This document shows positions 1 through 11,700 of a stretch of DNA of 64,000 nt, piece by piece. A program made the position numbers and the translations under genes. The stretch is taken from the NCBI GenBank assembly GCA_973895155.1, contig OZ316895.1, positions 17,989,880 to 18,053,879 of the forward strand, written 5' to 3'. The notes under the pieces are model-generated. The model was not told where the DNA came from. It did no database searches and saw nothing but the letters and a program-made list of their open reading frames with translations. Every line of letters begins with the position of its first letter. The first letter of the stretch is position 1. The DNA is from Marsupella aquatica. Its lineage: Eukaryota; Plantae; Marchantiophyta.

Positions 1-2
1 CT

Positions 3-830
3 AAATGGGTAGAGGCCAGACCAACAACGAAGGATGATGCAATTACTACCGCTAGATTCATGTATGAGCAGATCTTCACCAGGTATGGAGCACCCCTAGA
101 ATTAGTTAGTGATAGAGGAACCCATTTTTTGAATGATATAATTAGTCGTTTAAATGAGCAGTATTTAGTTAAACATAGGCCTACTACTCCCTACCATCCA
201 AAGGCAAACGGGTTGACAGAACAAGCAAACGGAATCATAGGAAAGATATTGAACAAGACAGTAGCTCAGAACAAACTCGATTGGGATGATAAATTGTTTG
301 CTGCTGTTTTTGCTTACAATCTTGCCTATAAATCCACTACCGGTCATACACCCTTCTTCTTAACCTTTGGACAAGAAGCCCTGGTACCCATGCAACTTGA
401 GATACCGACATTTCAAGTTACAATTGAGGAAAGAGCCTCAGCGGAGGAGAGCCTAAAGGAGCGAGAATATAGGTTAGAAGCTTTAGAGGAAGCGAGAATG
501 ATTTCAGCCGAGAGAGTAGAATATAGACAGAATATCATGAAGCAGCAGTATGATAAAAGGTTAAAAGTAGTTAGTATTCATACCGGTGATCTTGTGCTAC
601 TTTATGACAGTAGGTATAGTAGGTTTCCAGGAAAGCTTTACACTCGCTGGTTAGGACCCTTTAGAGTAACCATGATGTTCCCCAATGGCTCCGTACAATT
701 GGCCAACATTACGGGAGAGGTATATCCAGTTCGCATCCATTATGACCGCCTCAAGAAATACTATATGGACGAAGATGAAGTTGTTCGCGAGGACGCTTCA
801 CAATTAAGTGGGGAGCTATGTGATGCCTAG
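3..830 (+). CDS. pol: Ty3/gypsy pol, integrase core and C-terminus (5'-partial), family A
   Basis: Frame is open from base 3 (KWVEARPT...). rve motifs ELVSDRGTHF and TTPYHPKANGLTE, GPY/F motif WLGPF, no chromodomain. Stop codon (828-830) lies inside the LTR. Confidence 0.95.
   Translation, partial: KWVEARPTTKDDAITTARFMYEQIFTRYGAPLELVSDRGTHFLNDIISRLNEQYLVKHRPTTPYHPKANGLTEQANGIIGKILNKTVAQNKLDWDDKLFAAVFAYNLAYKSTTGHTPFFLTFGQEALVPMQLEIPTFQVTIEERASAEESLKEREYRLEALEEARMISAERVEYRQNIMKQQYDKRLKVVSIHTGDLVLLYDSRYSRFPGKLYTRWLGPFRVTMMFPNGSVQLANITGEVYPVRIHYDRLKKYYMDEDEVVREDASQLSGELCDA
806..815 (+). promoter_or_regulatory. Polypurine tract (PPT) of family A element
   Basis: aagtggggag ends 3 nt before the LTR start tgtgatgcc (819) and lies within the integrase reading frame. 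Confidence 0.75.
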
Positions 831-3800
831 ACAGGAATCACTCGGCCGGTTAAGTGGGTAAAGCAGGAAGGCACCCTAGGAACACCTTAGTATAGGGACA
901 AAACAAGGAAAATATAAACAATTAGGGGCAACCATGGAACCCGGGCAGAGGCCGGAGGTAAGGCTGAGGGTGAAAACCCGATTAGGGTTAGGGCGCGTTA
1001 AGCGTCGGCGGCTAGGAAGGATCAACGGGAAGAAAGACCGGCAGAGGAGAGGGGTAAGGAGCGCTTGCAGGAGATGGTGGCTCATTTGCGAGCACGAACT
1101 AGGCAGACGACTACGGGAGGCCAACTACTGTCAGCTGCTTAGGCAAGCACTCGGGGAGAGAGTAGATACCGACGATCGACCTAAGGAGGGTATGAGCAAC
1201 GTCAATCAAGCGGCACATTTCTGGGGATGCCTGTTCGAACGGGCAACTGAGAACATCAAGACTTACGAGGACGAGGAGTCAGAAAGGGCAGCTCGAGAAC
1301 GGCAGGAGCTCGCTCGATTGTGGGAGCTGCAGAAGACGGCTTTCTTAGGAGGCGAACTCATCAAGGACGAGTTCCTGTGGACGCCTACTTCCAATCAACT
1401 CGACGATCTTCTGTTTTGCAAAGACAGCGTCGTCGACATCCGAGAGGCCATCAAGAACTGCAACGACATACACTGGGAATTAAAGGGTAGCACGGAAAGG
1501 TGGACCCAGGCAACGGTGCTAGGAGAAACCTCCACGGCAGCAGAGATGAAGAGGAAGGGGGCCGTCAACGATGAAGCCACCCCGGCAAAAAGAACGAGGT
1601 CGGCGGCACCAAAGAGGCCAGCCGAGCAGCAGAGCAGGAGGCAGGGAGAAGCCGAAGAGGAGGAGGTCAATCCCATCAAGGCCATTCCAACCAGGGATGA
1701 CACCTGGAAGGGCTGGGCGGCAACCCTACCGGTGGAGGTGCAACTACATTTTGCACGGGAGGAGGATGCATGCTTTACGGCCATGCAGACCAAGAAGTAC
1801 CAAGGCTTCATGGCCGGATCCGGCTTGGAGGCCTTTGTAAGATTACCATGGCTGAAGCCGGAGGTACCGGAGTCAGACCTATTAGAATTCGTGGGGTCAT
1901 GGGAACCCGAGACCAATTGCACGAGGATATATGGGAAGGATTTCTATCTTACTCCCAAGGTAATTGCCGAAGTGTTTGGCTTGCCGATAGGCAATAAGAC
2001 CAAAGTTGATACCAGGAAGACCTTGCCTGACAAGGAGTTCCGGTCGTTCCCCGGGCCATCAACGAAGAATGGCTTCTTCCGGAACACCTGCACCAACCCG
2101 CACATAGGAGAGATGATCGACTTCTTGCGGGTGACCATGCATTGTAACTTGCCGAGGGCAGAGATCGGCAAGGCAAAGGTCTATCTGGCAGAAAGGCCAG
2201 ACCCAAGCCGGGACTACAACGGGTACCTCCTCAACCAATTGAAGAAGATCTTAAAGGAGGAGCAGCAGGTAATCGGCATGGGGAGCGTGTCGCGGCTTGG
2301 CTATCACATGCCGCTGTTGTGCCGGTATGCCAGAGGTCAGACTTTTGCCCCGGTACTTCCCCTGCAGGTAAGGGCACCCGAGGAAGCTCCAACGCCGAGG
2401 CCGTTGGCTGAGAAGCCTCAACCACCTGTTAGTCCTACGATCGAGCAGGTGTTTAGGCCCAGGAAGGAAGACTTGCCGATGCAGCAACCAGGCATGCAGA
2501 GTGTGCTGAAACTACTGGAGAAAGAAAAGAAATCGGCATCGGCAACAACAACGGCAACGGCAACAATGCAGGACACTACTACAGAGGTAGGCCTACACCG
2601 GCTCACAAGAGAAAACCCCTTTGCTGGAGACAAGGAGAGAATCAGGTCGGAATCCAAGCCAGGTGTTCGAATGTACGTGGGAACCTCAAGCTCCGAATCT
2701 GAGGCAGAATTGCCTGAAGCTCCTACCGACGAAGAGGAGAGGGAGAAGCCGGACGTCCAAGAGGTAGAGGAGGCAGTGGAGGACTGCAGCCATGATAATT
2801 CCGGCTATGGGTCGGACCATCACGTTCCAGGAGTAAGGACCTGTGGCCGGTTTGTCCCCACACTTCCAAGGGTAGTGCGAGGGGACCCCAACCAGCAGAG
2901 TAGCCCTGAGTCTCCCCCACCAGATGTTGCTCCCCCGAGCTTCGACGGCATAAAACAGACGGTGCAGGAATTTCAGGAGCGAATCAAGCAGGAGGAAGAG
3001 GCCGCCCTGGCTAAGGAAAAGGATTTACCAGGAGGAGATTGGCCGGAGGACATCAGGCGGCTAGCCGAAAAAGGAAGCAAACCTCTAGCCACGATTGAAG
3101 AGATCCGCAGGACGGCTTGGGAGCAGAGGCCACGATGGGCGATGCCGATCACTTCTACTTACTCCACCTACGCTAAGAATAGAGCCATGGAGTATGGTGA
3201 GATGTGTGGGGAACTTGCGCTCGGCATCTTTGGAGAGGAGTTGGAGGTAGGACCCTTTTTCCATAAGGAGCAGTTGGAGAAGCACCAATTAGAAGAAGCG
3301 GTGGCTTTAGAGAGAAGCAAGAAGGATGAGGTCATTCGGCGGCTTAGGAGGATGGAAGCCGAGATTGAAGATCTAAGGGCGGCCAAGAAAGCCCAAGATG
3401 AACTGCGGATTAAACGACATGAGCTGAACATCATGCAGGGGCAGTTGGACACCGCGCAGGCTGATAATCAGAATATCAAGGATAAACTGACTCAGACGCA
3501 GGAAGAGTTGGCCGACACGATCAAAGAGAGGGAGAAGTGGAAGCAAGAGCTGAAGAATACAGAGGAGGCCCACATAACAGCCAACAGCCGGGCCATGGCG
3601 GAGACCCAAAGAAAGGAATGGGCGTTGAAAGGGGAGCTCGAGAAAATCCGCGGAGCCCTTGAGCAGAAGGAGGTCGAGTTAGGGAAATCCTATCAAGGGA
3701 TTATGGCGCTGCAGCAGGAGCTTGCGTCCCTGACGGCCAGCTTCAAGGCCGACCTAAGGGAGAAGGACGAGATGCTCGAACAGACTTACGCCAAGATGAA

Positions 3801-5477
3801 CCAGATGGAGTCTGTCATCATTGCAGAACTCGACAAGGAGCTAAGAGCAACCCAGGAGGAGAGGGCTACCTTGAAGAAGGAATTGGAGGAAGCCCACAGG
3901 GAGCAGGAGGAGGCCAAAAACGAGCTGGAGGGGGCACGTAAGGACCTGGATGAAACCCAAGAGGAGTTGGAGGAAATCACGAGGAAGATGGAGAACCTAC
4001 AGCGGCGGGCCGACAACCAAACAGAGCGGCTGAAGAAACAAGCCGCAGTATTTAAATGCTTAGCTGCAACAGGTCCATCTCCCGTTGGGACAAACCAGTT
4101 ACCAGGGGTGGTAATTGCCGAAGGACAAGCCGCGCCAACTGCACCAGTGCCGGAAGTAAGTAGGAAGGGGAAGGGACCAGCTGCCGAGCCACCAACGAAG
4201 AAGAAGCGGAAACCTTCAGGGTCAAGGAGTAATACGACTTCACAGGCCACGTGATCAAGGAGGTAGACCCAGCACCGACCCCAGACAGGGTCACGGCTAA
4301 GGATCCAACTACCCTAGGGGAAGGGGAGGCCGAAGCCGAGGGAGTGGCTGAAGCCGAAGCCGTGGGAGTGGCTGAGGCCGAAGCCGTGGGTATTGCCGAG
4401 GCCGGTGTCGAGGCTGAAGCCGAAGGTGGACCCAGTCAGGCCGATGGAGAGTTGACTCAGTCAAGGGCAGGTAATCTGTCAGAGAATGAACCTACGGCAG
4501 TGGCTGAGGAGGAAGCGTTGGGGGCGTCCATTAAGGATCCACCACCGGTGTCGTGACGGTGCAAGGGCGCCGTTCCTTGTAGGGAGGGCGGACGTGGAGG
4601 GAGGAGGCGTGAGTGGGCAGGGCGGGCGCGGATCTCCACGTTTAGGATTAGGATCAGAACCAGGAGCGGCCCTGACACTTAGCTTAGTGGGATTGCGGTC
4701 CCACTGGTAGGAGCAACACTTGTGCTCCTGCCTTGCTGTACATAGGTAGATTTGGGCAAGTAGATTACTGTTAAGTAGATTAGGCTTACGATGCAAAGAA
4801 TGGCGGATCCACTACCAGGATAAGTACCTGGGCAGCGGGGAGCTCAGGGCCTCTTCTTTAGCAAGTTTTTAGTTTGCACCAGCCGGGCTGGGATCAAGTA
4901 GTACGAGAAGCTCTCGGTTAGTCATACAGTGACCCTTGTGTATATTCATGTTTCCTCATGCCTAAGAGCTGAATAGAGTTGGCCTCACGGCTTAGTTCGC
5001 AGAACTTGTGTATGAGATGTACTGTTTGTATGGCAAGTGCATGGTATGACTCAGTCAGAATGAGTCATTTTGCTATTTGTGTGTCGCATTAACTTGTGTG
5101 AAGAGTGCCCACATCAACAGAAGGAAGGAAAGTAAGCAGGGGAGTGAGAGTTGGATGTGTCGAGCTGAGAGAGGTCTTAGCAGCTTAACCAAGCCTATTG
5201 GGGATCATTCCGGCGGCGGAATCCAAACATACCTAACAAGACGGAGGGGAAGACAGGGGAAGACAGGGGAAGGCCTATATTAGGCCGGCTACGTATCTCA
5301 TGACCCGATGAAGGATCTGTCCAGTATATGTGTGTAAAATATTAGTAGTAGTAGTAGAAGGTTAGCAGCGTCCCATGCCGCTAAGCCGCGGAAACGGCCT
5401 CGCCAAGCACGAAACCTGCGGGAATCGGCTTGAGCTGGGGGGTTTCTTGGGTTTAGGGAGCCATGGGACGCACCACA
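819..5477 (+). mobile_element. 3' LTR of gypsy family A (4,659 bp, ORF-containing)
   Basis: Starts TGTGATGC after the PPT and ends GCACCACA. The same termini bound copies at 7868-14087, 37755-42369 (followed by PBS) and 47650-54034. Confidence 0.92.
934..4556 (+). CDS. LTR-encoded ~1,200-aa accessory protein (plant-transposon/PMD-like domain + coiled coil); 1-bp frameshift near 4250
   Basis: 1106-aa ORF 934-4254 plus 101-aa ORF 4251-4556. Copies at 41161 and 45781 read through this point (SQA(V/M)VIKEV). Motif EFVGSWEPETNCTRIYGKDFYLTPKVIAEVFGLP, long heptad region, KKKRK tail. The true start could be a downstream ATG (e.g. 1192). Confidence 0.8.
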
Positions 5478-5667
5478 CCGACGCTTAACGCGCCCTAACC
5501 CTAATCGGGTTTTCACCCTCAGCCTTACCTCCGGCCTCGGCCCGGGTTCCATGGTTGCCCCTAATTGTTTATATTTTCCTTGTTTTGTCCCTATACTAAG
5601 GTGTTCCTAGGGTGCCTTCCTGCTTTACCCACTTAACCGGCCGAGTGATTCCTGTCTAGGCATCACA
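5478..5667 (-). mobile_element. 5' end of another family A LTR (opposite strand), target of the 819-5477 element
   Basis: Reverse complement of ~819-1008, ending ...ggcatcaca at 5667. Confidence 0.88.
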
Positions 5668-6627
5668 GAAGCAGACGCCGTGCGAGGCAGTTAAGTCAGC
5701 GGCATCTTTTGGTTAGGCGTAACGACAGAATGACTGTCATTAGGCGCCGATTAGCGGTAGTAAGAAGAATTAGGGTCGGGTCAGTTAGGATTAGCCAACG
5801 TAGGATGGAGTCCATCAACGGACTAGAATTAGTCAGTAGGATTGGCCGCTGCCATCCCGGTCGGCACCTTGTCGTCGACGGTCAACCAGTCAGTGCGGCG
5901 CGGCTAGTAGTCAGTAGGTAGTTAGTCAGTAGGTAGTATCCCAGAAGGCAGTATCCTCCGGCTCTCCTCCGCGATTGTAGTATTTAGGTTTCCCCCTCCG
6001 CTAAGGAAGGGGAGAAGGCTTAGTTATCTCAGCAGAGGGAAGGTGAGGCACGGGGAGTCCCGGCCTGAGCAGGGTCAGAGTGCACCAAGGAGTGAGAGCC
6101 AGAGTCGAGCTTGCTGGGCAAGTGCGTGGCAGGGCCTCGTAGAGACTGGGCATCGACTGCCGTTGGGCCTGCTGACCCCCTTTGAAGTCGAGTCAACCAT
6201 GTAAACTGATGCTTCGCTGAGTAAATGTAGTCTTTTCCCCCTAATGTTTCTGCAAGTAACTGGTGTTGTGTGGATGCTTTGGCTGGGTAAAGGCGCCATT
6301 TTAAGGGACGTACTGGGTGCGGACTAATGGTAGGGATTGCCACTCATTGTATGTCACAAGGTCCTGTCGTGCGATGGCTTGAAAGGCCCCAAGCCGGGAG
6401 TTAGTCCGAGTCACTAACTGAGGGAATATTCCAGCGGTGGAAAACAAATATACCTATGACTAGTACGAGTTATTCAGGTGTTATACCGGTAAGTATATCG
6501 ACTTAGCCCGACTTAGGGCTAATTGAGGTCACTACACACCTCCTTGCCCGAACCCTCACCCTTACTGGTGGTCGAGGTCGCACCATGGCACTAAACTGGA
6601 TTTAAGGCCCAGGTTAGCGGCGCGACA
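5668..6627 (+). mobile_element. 3' part of a family B LTR
   Basis: Reverse complement of 37325-37754 joined to 46996-47545. Ends ...gcgcgaca at 6627, directly abutting Copia integrase sequence. Confidence 0.85.
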
Positions 6628-8761
6628 CGGTGACAGGTTGTAAATGTATGCAACTTGGTTGACAGCTTTAGCCCCAAAATTATGGGGCAACTTGGACCTA
6701 CATAGCATGCTGCGTGCTTTCTCCAGTAATGTCCGATTCAACCGTTCTGCCACTCCATTCTGTTGTGGGGTCTCCGATACAGTGTAATGACGTTTGAGGC
6801 CAAGGTCCCGACCAAATTGGTCAAACTCATTGGACTTATACTCGCCACCATTATCTGACCGAACACACTTCAACTCCTTCCTAGTTTGTAGCTCCACCAT
6901 GGCTTTCCACTCCTTGAAGATCTCAAATATTTGAGACTTCTCCTTCATGTAGTATAGCCAACACATTCGAAAGTAATCATCTACAAACGTCACAAAATAT
7001 CTGGCTTCACCCAACGACGGCTCCAACGCTGGACCCCAAACATCCGAATATACATACTCAAGAATCTCATGAGAATGGTAGGAACTAGAACTGAAACTCA
7101 CTCTCCTCTGCTTGCTATAGATGCAATCTTCACAGAAAGAAATTTTCCCAGATTTGTGCCTTGTAGCAAATCTCTATTGCCAAGGCTGCTAATCCTTTAC
7201 CACTCAAGTGCCCCAAACGTGCATGCCATAAATCTATGGCTTGTGTGCGACCAGATGTTGATGGTGCTTCAATTGAAGCAACCGACGATGCCACTGCATC
7301 CAAACATTCCACCACATAATCCACATGCTCCACTCTAGGAGCAATGACATCTCCTTGCAAGATGTACAAATTATTCTGTCGGAGCGCCTTAATCAAAGAT
7401 ACCTCACCTTTGACAACAAAGAGCGCACCATCACGTGCAATGAAATGATATCCACCAGCTTCCAAAGCACCAAGAGAAATCAAGTTCTTAGAGATGTCTG
7501 GTATGTGCCTGACTTCCGTCAATGCTCGCACAACACCATCAAACATCCAGAATTTGATAGTCCCCATGCTAACAATCTCACATCGGACCCCGTTGCCGAT
7601 TTCCACGCTACCAATACACGGTTGGTAAGTAGAGAAATAAGATCGCGTTGGACACACGTGATAAGAGGAACCTGAATCCAACATCCATTTATTGTCATAC
7701 ACAGAATTAATAACACCAATACATAACACTTCAGCACCATCCTCATGATCAGCAATCACTATGCCAGCTGAAGATGAAGATGCACCATCAAAAGCAGGAC
7801 GCTTGAACTGCTTGGTCAAAGAAGGGCAAGACCACTTGGTGTGGCCCTTCTCATGGCAATGCCAACATGTGGTGCGTCCCATGGCTCCCTAAACCCAAGA
7901 AGCCCCCCTGCACAAGCCGATTCCCGCAGGTTTCGCTCTTGGCAAGGCCGGTTTTGCGGCTTAGCGGCATGGGACGTTGCTAACTCTCTACTAACATTTT
8001 ACACACATATACTGGACAGATCCTTCATCGGGTCATGAGATACGTAGTTGGCCTATTCTATGCCTTGCCTTGTCTTCCTCTTGTGGTCTTCCTTTAGGTA
8101 TGTTTGGATTCCGCCGCCGGAATGATCCCCAACTGGCTTGGGTAAGCCGCTAAGACCTCTCTCAGCTTGACACATCCAACTCTTACTACCTTGCTTACTC
8201 CTTTCTCTTGGTTGATGTGGGCAATCTTCAAACAAGTTAATGCGACACACAAATAGCAAAATGACTCCTTCTGACTGAGTTATATCATGCACTTGCCATA
8301 CAAACAGTACTTCTCATACAGAAGATCTGTGAACTAAGCTGTGAGGCCAAATCTATTCATCTCTTAGGCATGAGGAAACATGAATATACACAAGGGTCAC
8401 AATATAACTAACCGAGAGCTTCTTTTACTACTTGATCCCAGCCCTGTTGGTGCACTAAAAACTTGCTAAGGAAGAAGGCCCTGAGCTCCCCGCTGCCCAG
8501 GTACTTATCCTGGCAGTGGATCCGCCTAATTCCTTGCAGCGTAAGCCTAATCTATCCTATTTGTAATCTACCTATGTACAGCGAGGCAGGAGCACAAGTG
8601 TTGCTCTTACCAGTGGATCTGCAATCCCACTAATCTAAGTGTCAAGGCCGCCTTTTGGTCCTGATCCAAAGTCTAAACTTGGAGATCTGAGCCCGCCCTG
8701 CCCACTCATGCCTCCTCCCTTCACGTCCGCCCTCCTTAAAAGGAGCGGCCCTCCACCACCA

Positions 8762-11700
8762 TCATGGTAGCGGTGGCTGGTCCTCAATGGACGCTCCCAA
8801 CGCTTCCTCCGTAGCCACTACCGTAGGTCCGTCTTCTGACAGATTACCTGCCCCAGACCCAGTCAACTCACCCGCAGCCTGACCGGGTCCACCCTTGGTT
8901 TTGGCCTCAGCATCGGCCACGGTCTCTAATACGGCTATGGCCTCCCCGACATGCTCAAGTGGTGGATCCGGTACTCCGGCTTCATCACTGAGTATCCTGG
9001 CCTTGGCTTTGCCATCCCCGCCTTCTAGGGCAGTTGGATCCTCTGTCGTGACCCTGCCTGAGGTTGGTGCCGGATTCTCCTCCGTGGTCACGACTGCTTG
9101 AGAATCCGTGTTACTCCCTGACCCAGAAGGTTTCCGCTTCTTCTTCTTCCCTGGTTTGGCAGCTAGTCCCTTCCCCTTGCCACTTACCTCCGGCACTGGT
9201 GCGAGTGTCACGGCTTGTCCTTCGGCCAATACTACTCCTGGCAACTTGGTTGCCCCAATTGGAGTTGGAACTGATGAAGCCAAGCACTTAAATATTGTGG
9301 CTTGTTTCTTTAGCCACTTTGTTTGGTTGTCGGCCCGTCGTTGTAAGTTCTCCATCTTCCTCGTGCTTTCTTCCAACTCCTCTTGTGTTTCGTCCAGGTC
9401 ATTCCGCGCCTCCTCCAGCTCCTTTTGGGCTTCCTCCAACTCCTTCTGGGCTTCCTCCAATTCCTTCTTTAAGGTAGCCCTCTCCTCCTGAGTTTCTCTT
9501 AGCTCCTTGTCAAGCTTCGTTACGACCTCAGACTCCATTTTATTCATCTTGGCATAAGTCTGATCGAGCTGGTTGTCTTTCTCACGCAGGTCGACCTTGA
9601 AGCTGGCCGTTAGGGATGCAAGCTCCTGTTGCAACACAATAATCCTTTGATAGGATTTCCCTAACTCGGCCTCCTTCTGATCAAGGGCTCCATGGATATC
9701 CTTGAGCTCCCCCTTCAATGCCCTCTCCCTCCTCTGGGTCTCCGCCATGGCCCGATTGTTGGTTGCTATGTGGGCCTCCTCTACGTCCCTTAGTTCTCGC
9801 TTCCACTTCTCCCTTTCCTTGACCGCATCGGCCAACTCCCCTTGGGTTCGAGTCAGTTTATCCGTGATAATCTGATTATCAGACTAAGCGGTATCTAGTT
9901 GCCCCTGCATGATGTTTAGCTCATGCCGCTTAATCCACAGCTCATCTTGGGATTTCTTGGCCGCCTTCAAGTCCTCTGCCTCGGCTACCTTCTCCCTAAG
10001 CCGTCAGATGACCTCGTCCTTCTTCCTTCTCTCCAAAGCCACCGCTTCTTCCAATCGACGTTTCTCCAACATCTCCCTCTGGAAAAAGGGTCCCTGCTCC
10101 AACTCCTCCCAAAGATGCTGAGCACAAGTTCCCCACACATCTCCCCGTACTCCATGGCTCTTTCTTTAGCATAGGTGGAGTGAGTAGAAGTCATCGACAT
10201 CAACCATTGCGGCCTTTGTTCCCAAGCCGCCTTCCGTATTTCTTCTATCGTGGCTGGAGGGTTGCCCCATCTTTCTGCAAGCCATCGGATGTCCTCTGGC
10301 CATTCTCCCCCAGGTAAATCCTTCTCCCTAGCCAGAGCTGCCTCCTCTTCTTCCCTGAGTCGCTCCTGAAACTCCTGTGCCGTCTGTTTTATTCCGTCAA
10401 AGCTTGGGGGAGCGACATCTGGCGGGGGAGACTCGGGGCTGTTCTGCTGGGTGGGGTCCCCTCGAACTGCTCTTGGAAGCGTGGGGATGAAATGGCCACA
10501 GGTCCTTATTCCTCGGACATGATGGTCCGACCCGTAGCCGGAGTCATCATTGCCGTAGTCCTCCACCACCTCCTCCCCAACTTGGACTACCGACTCCCCT
10601 CGCTGCTCTCCTGGTCTTGCTGTGAACATGGCCTCCTGCCGATCATAGCTCACAGGTCCTAGTTCCTCCTCCGGCTTCCAGGCTGTCTTCTCCCTTTGTT
10701 TCCCGTAGTGGTGGACCTTGCTACCCAACGCCCTCACCAATCCCAGCACTTGCGCCTAAGTGCCCTTGGTGCCCGAACGCCTCCACGGAATACCTTGAGC
10801 AAGCATCCAAGTGCCTCTAGCACCACCAGTGGTCACTCCCATACGAAGCCACACTTGCTCACCTACACGACCGCTACTCAACGGTCCTCACTGTCTGCAC
10901 AAACAACCAAGCACCTTGGTAAGTAACCCCTTCGGATCTAGAACTCGCCAAGTCTAGCATCCTAACTCAAGCTCAACAGACGTTGGTAAATAGGTCAGCG
11001 ATAGGTCCTCCCAATGCCATAAGCCGGAACCAGAACCCACGCCCACTGTCCGTCCAGGACAGCTCCTTCCTTGGCGCGGCCCGGGTTCCCCCTTGTACCT
11101 ATCCATCACCAACTGACCGCCCTGACCTCAGGACTTGCTCATGGCCCAATTAGTGTAGCTTGTCCTAAAGCTTGTCCCAAGCTTGTCTCAACACGCCGGG
11201 ACCAGAACGGCCCCGACTCTAACACCGACTCCCGGTTTGCCCCACTGATGGTCTAGGGACCGATCGCTCTTGGGACTCAGCCTCCATACCTACTTGGCCT
11301 TGCCTCCCCCACGCAAGTTCCCTTGGGAGACTGAATGTGGCTTGGTTGCTGTTCGGCAGGATTTGGTACACGGGCGAGCTAACACCCGCAAACCACGAGA
11401 ACCCATGGCACCCCCAGACCCAGATGAGCTCAGGAGAGCGTAGCCCTCCTCAAGAGCTTTCCAACGCACCTAAGAAGTCCTCCAACGGACTTCCCGTTGG
11501 GAAGATATTGCCATTTTTGTTTGGCTGTTTCCCTTAGTGTCGGGACCGCCGCGGCTCACGACTTCGGCTCGCCCTTAGCCCCCAGGGAGACACCACTCCC
11601 CTCATATATGCTTCTGGAGACCTGCCACCCCCGGACCAGCTTTGGTCCCTAAACATTTGGCCCCCAACCCGGATCCCATCGCGCATAACGGGCGCGCCAC

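Noticed and set aside
3250-4060. Captured host myosin/SMC/tropomyosin gene or retroviral envelope
   Set aside because: Only generic heptad composition is visible. I see no motor or ATPase motif, signal peptide or transmembrane segment.
1395-4250. Recurrent antisense ORFs (175 aa, 154 aa and others) in A copies
   Set aside because: Shadow frames of the GC-rich sense ORF. They recur only because the DNA is repeated and show no recognisable motifs.
819-5667. Apparent 4.8-kb DNA transposon with 190-bp terminal inverted repeats (819-1008 / 5478-5667) around a large ORF
   Set aside because: The left end is preceded by integrase and PPT, other copies end at GCACCACA without the inverted segment, and there is no shared TSD. 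It is an A element inserted into an opposite-strand A LTR.
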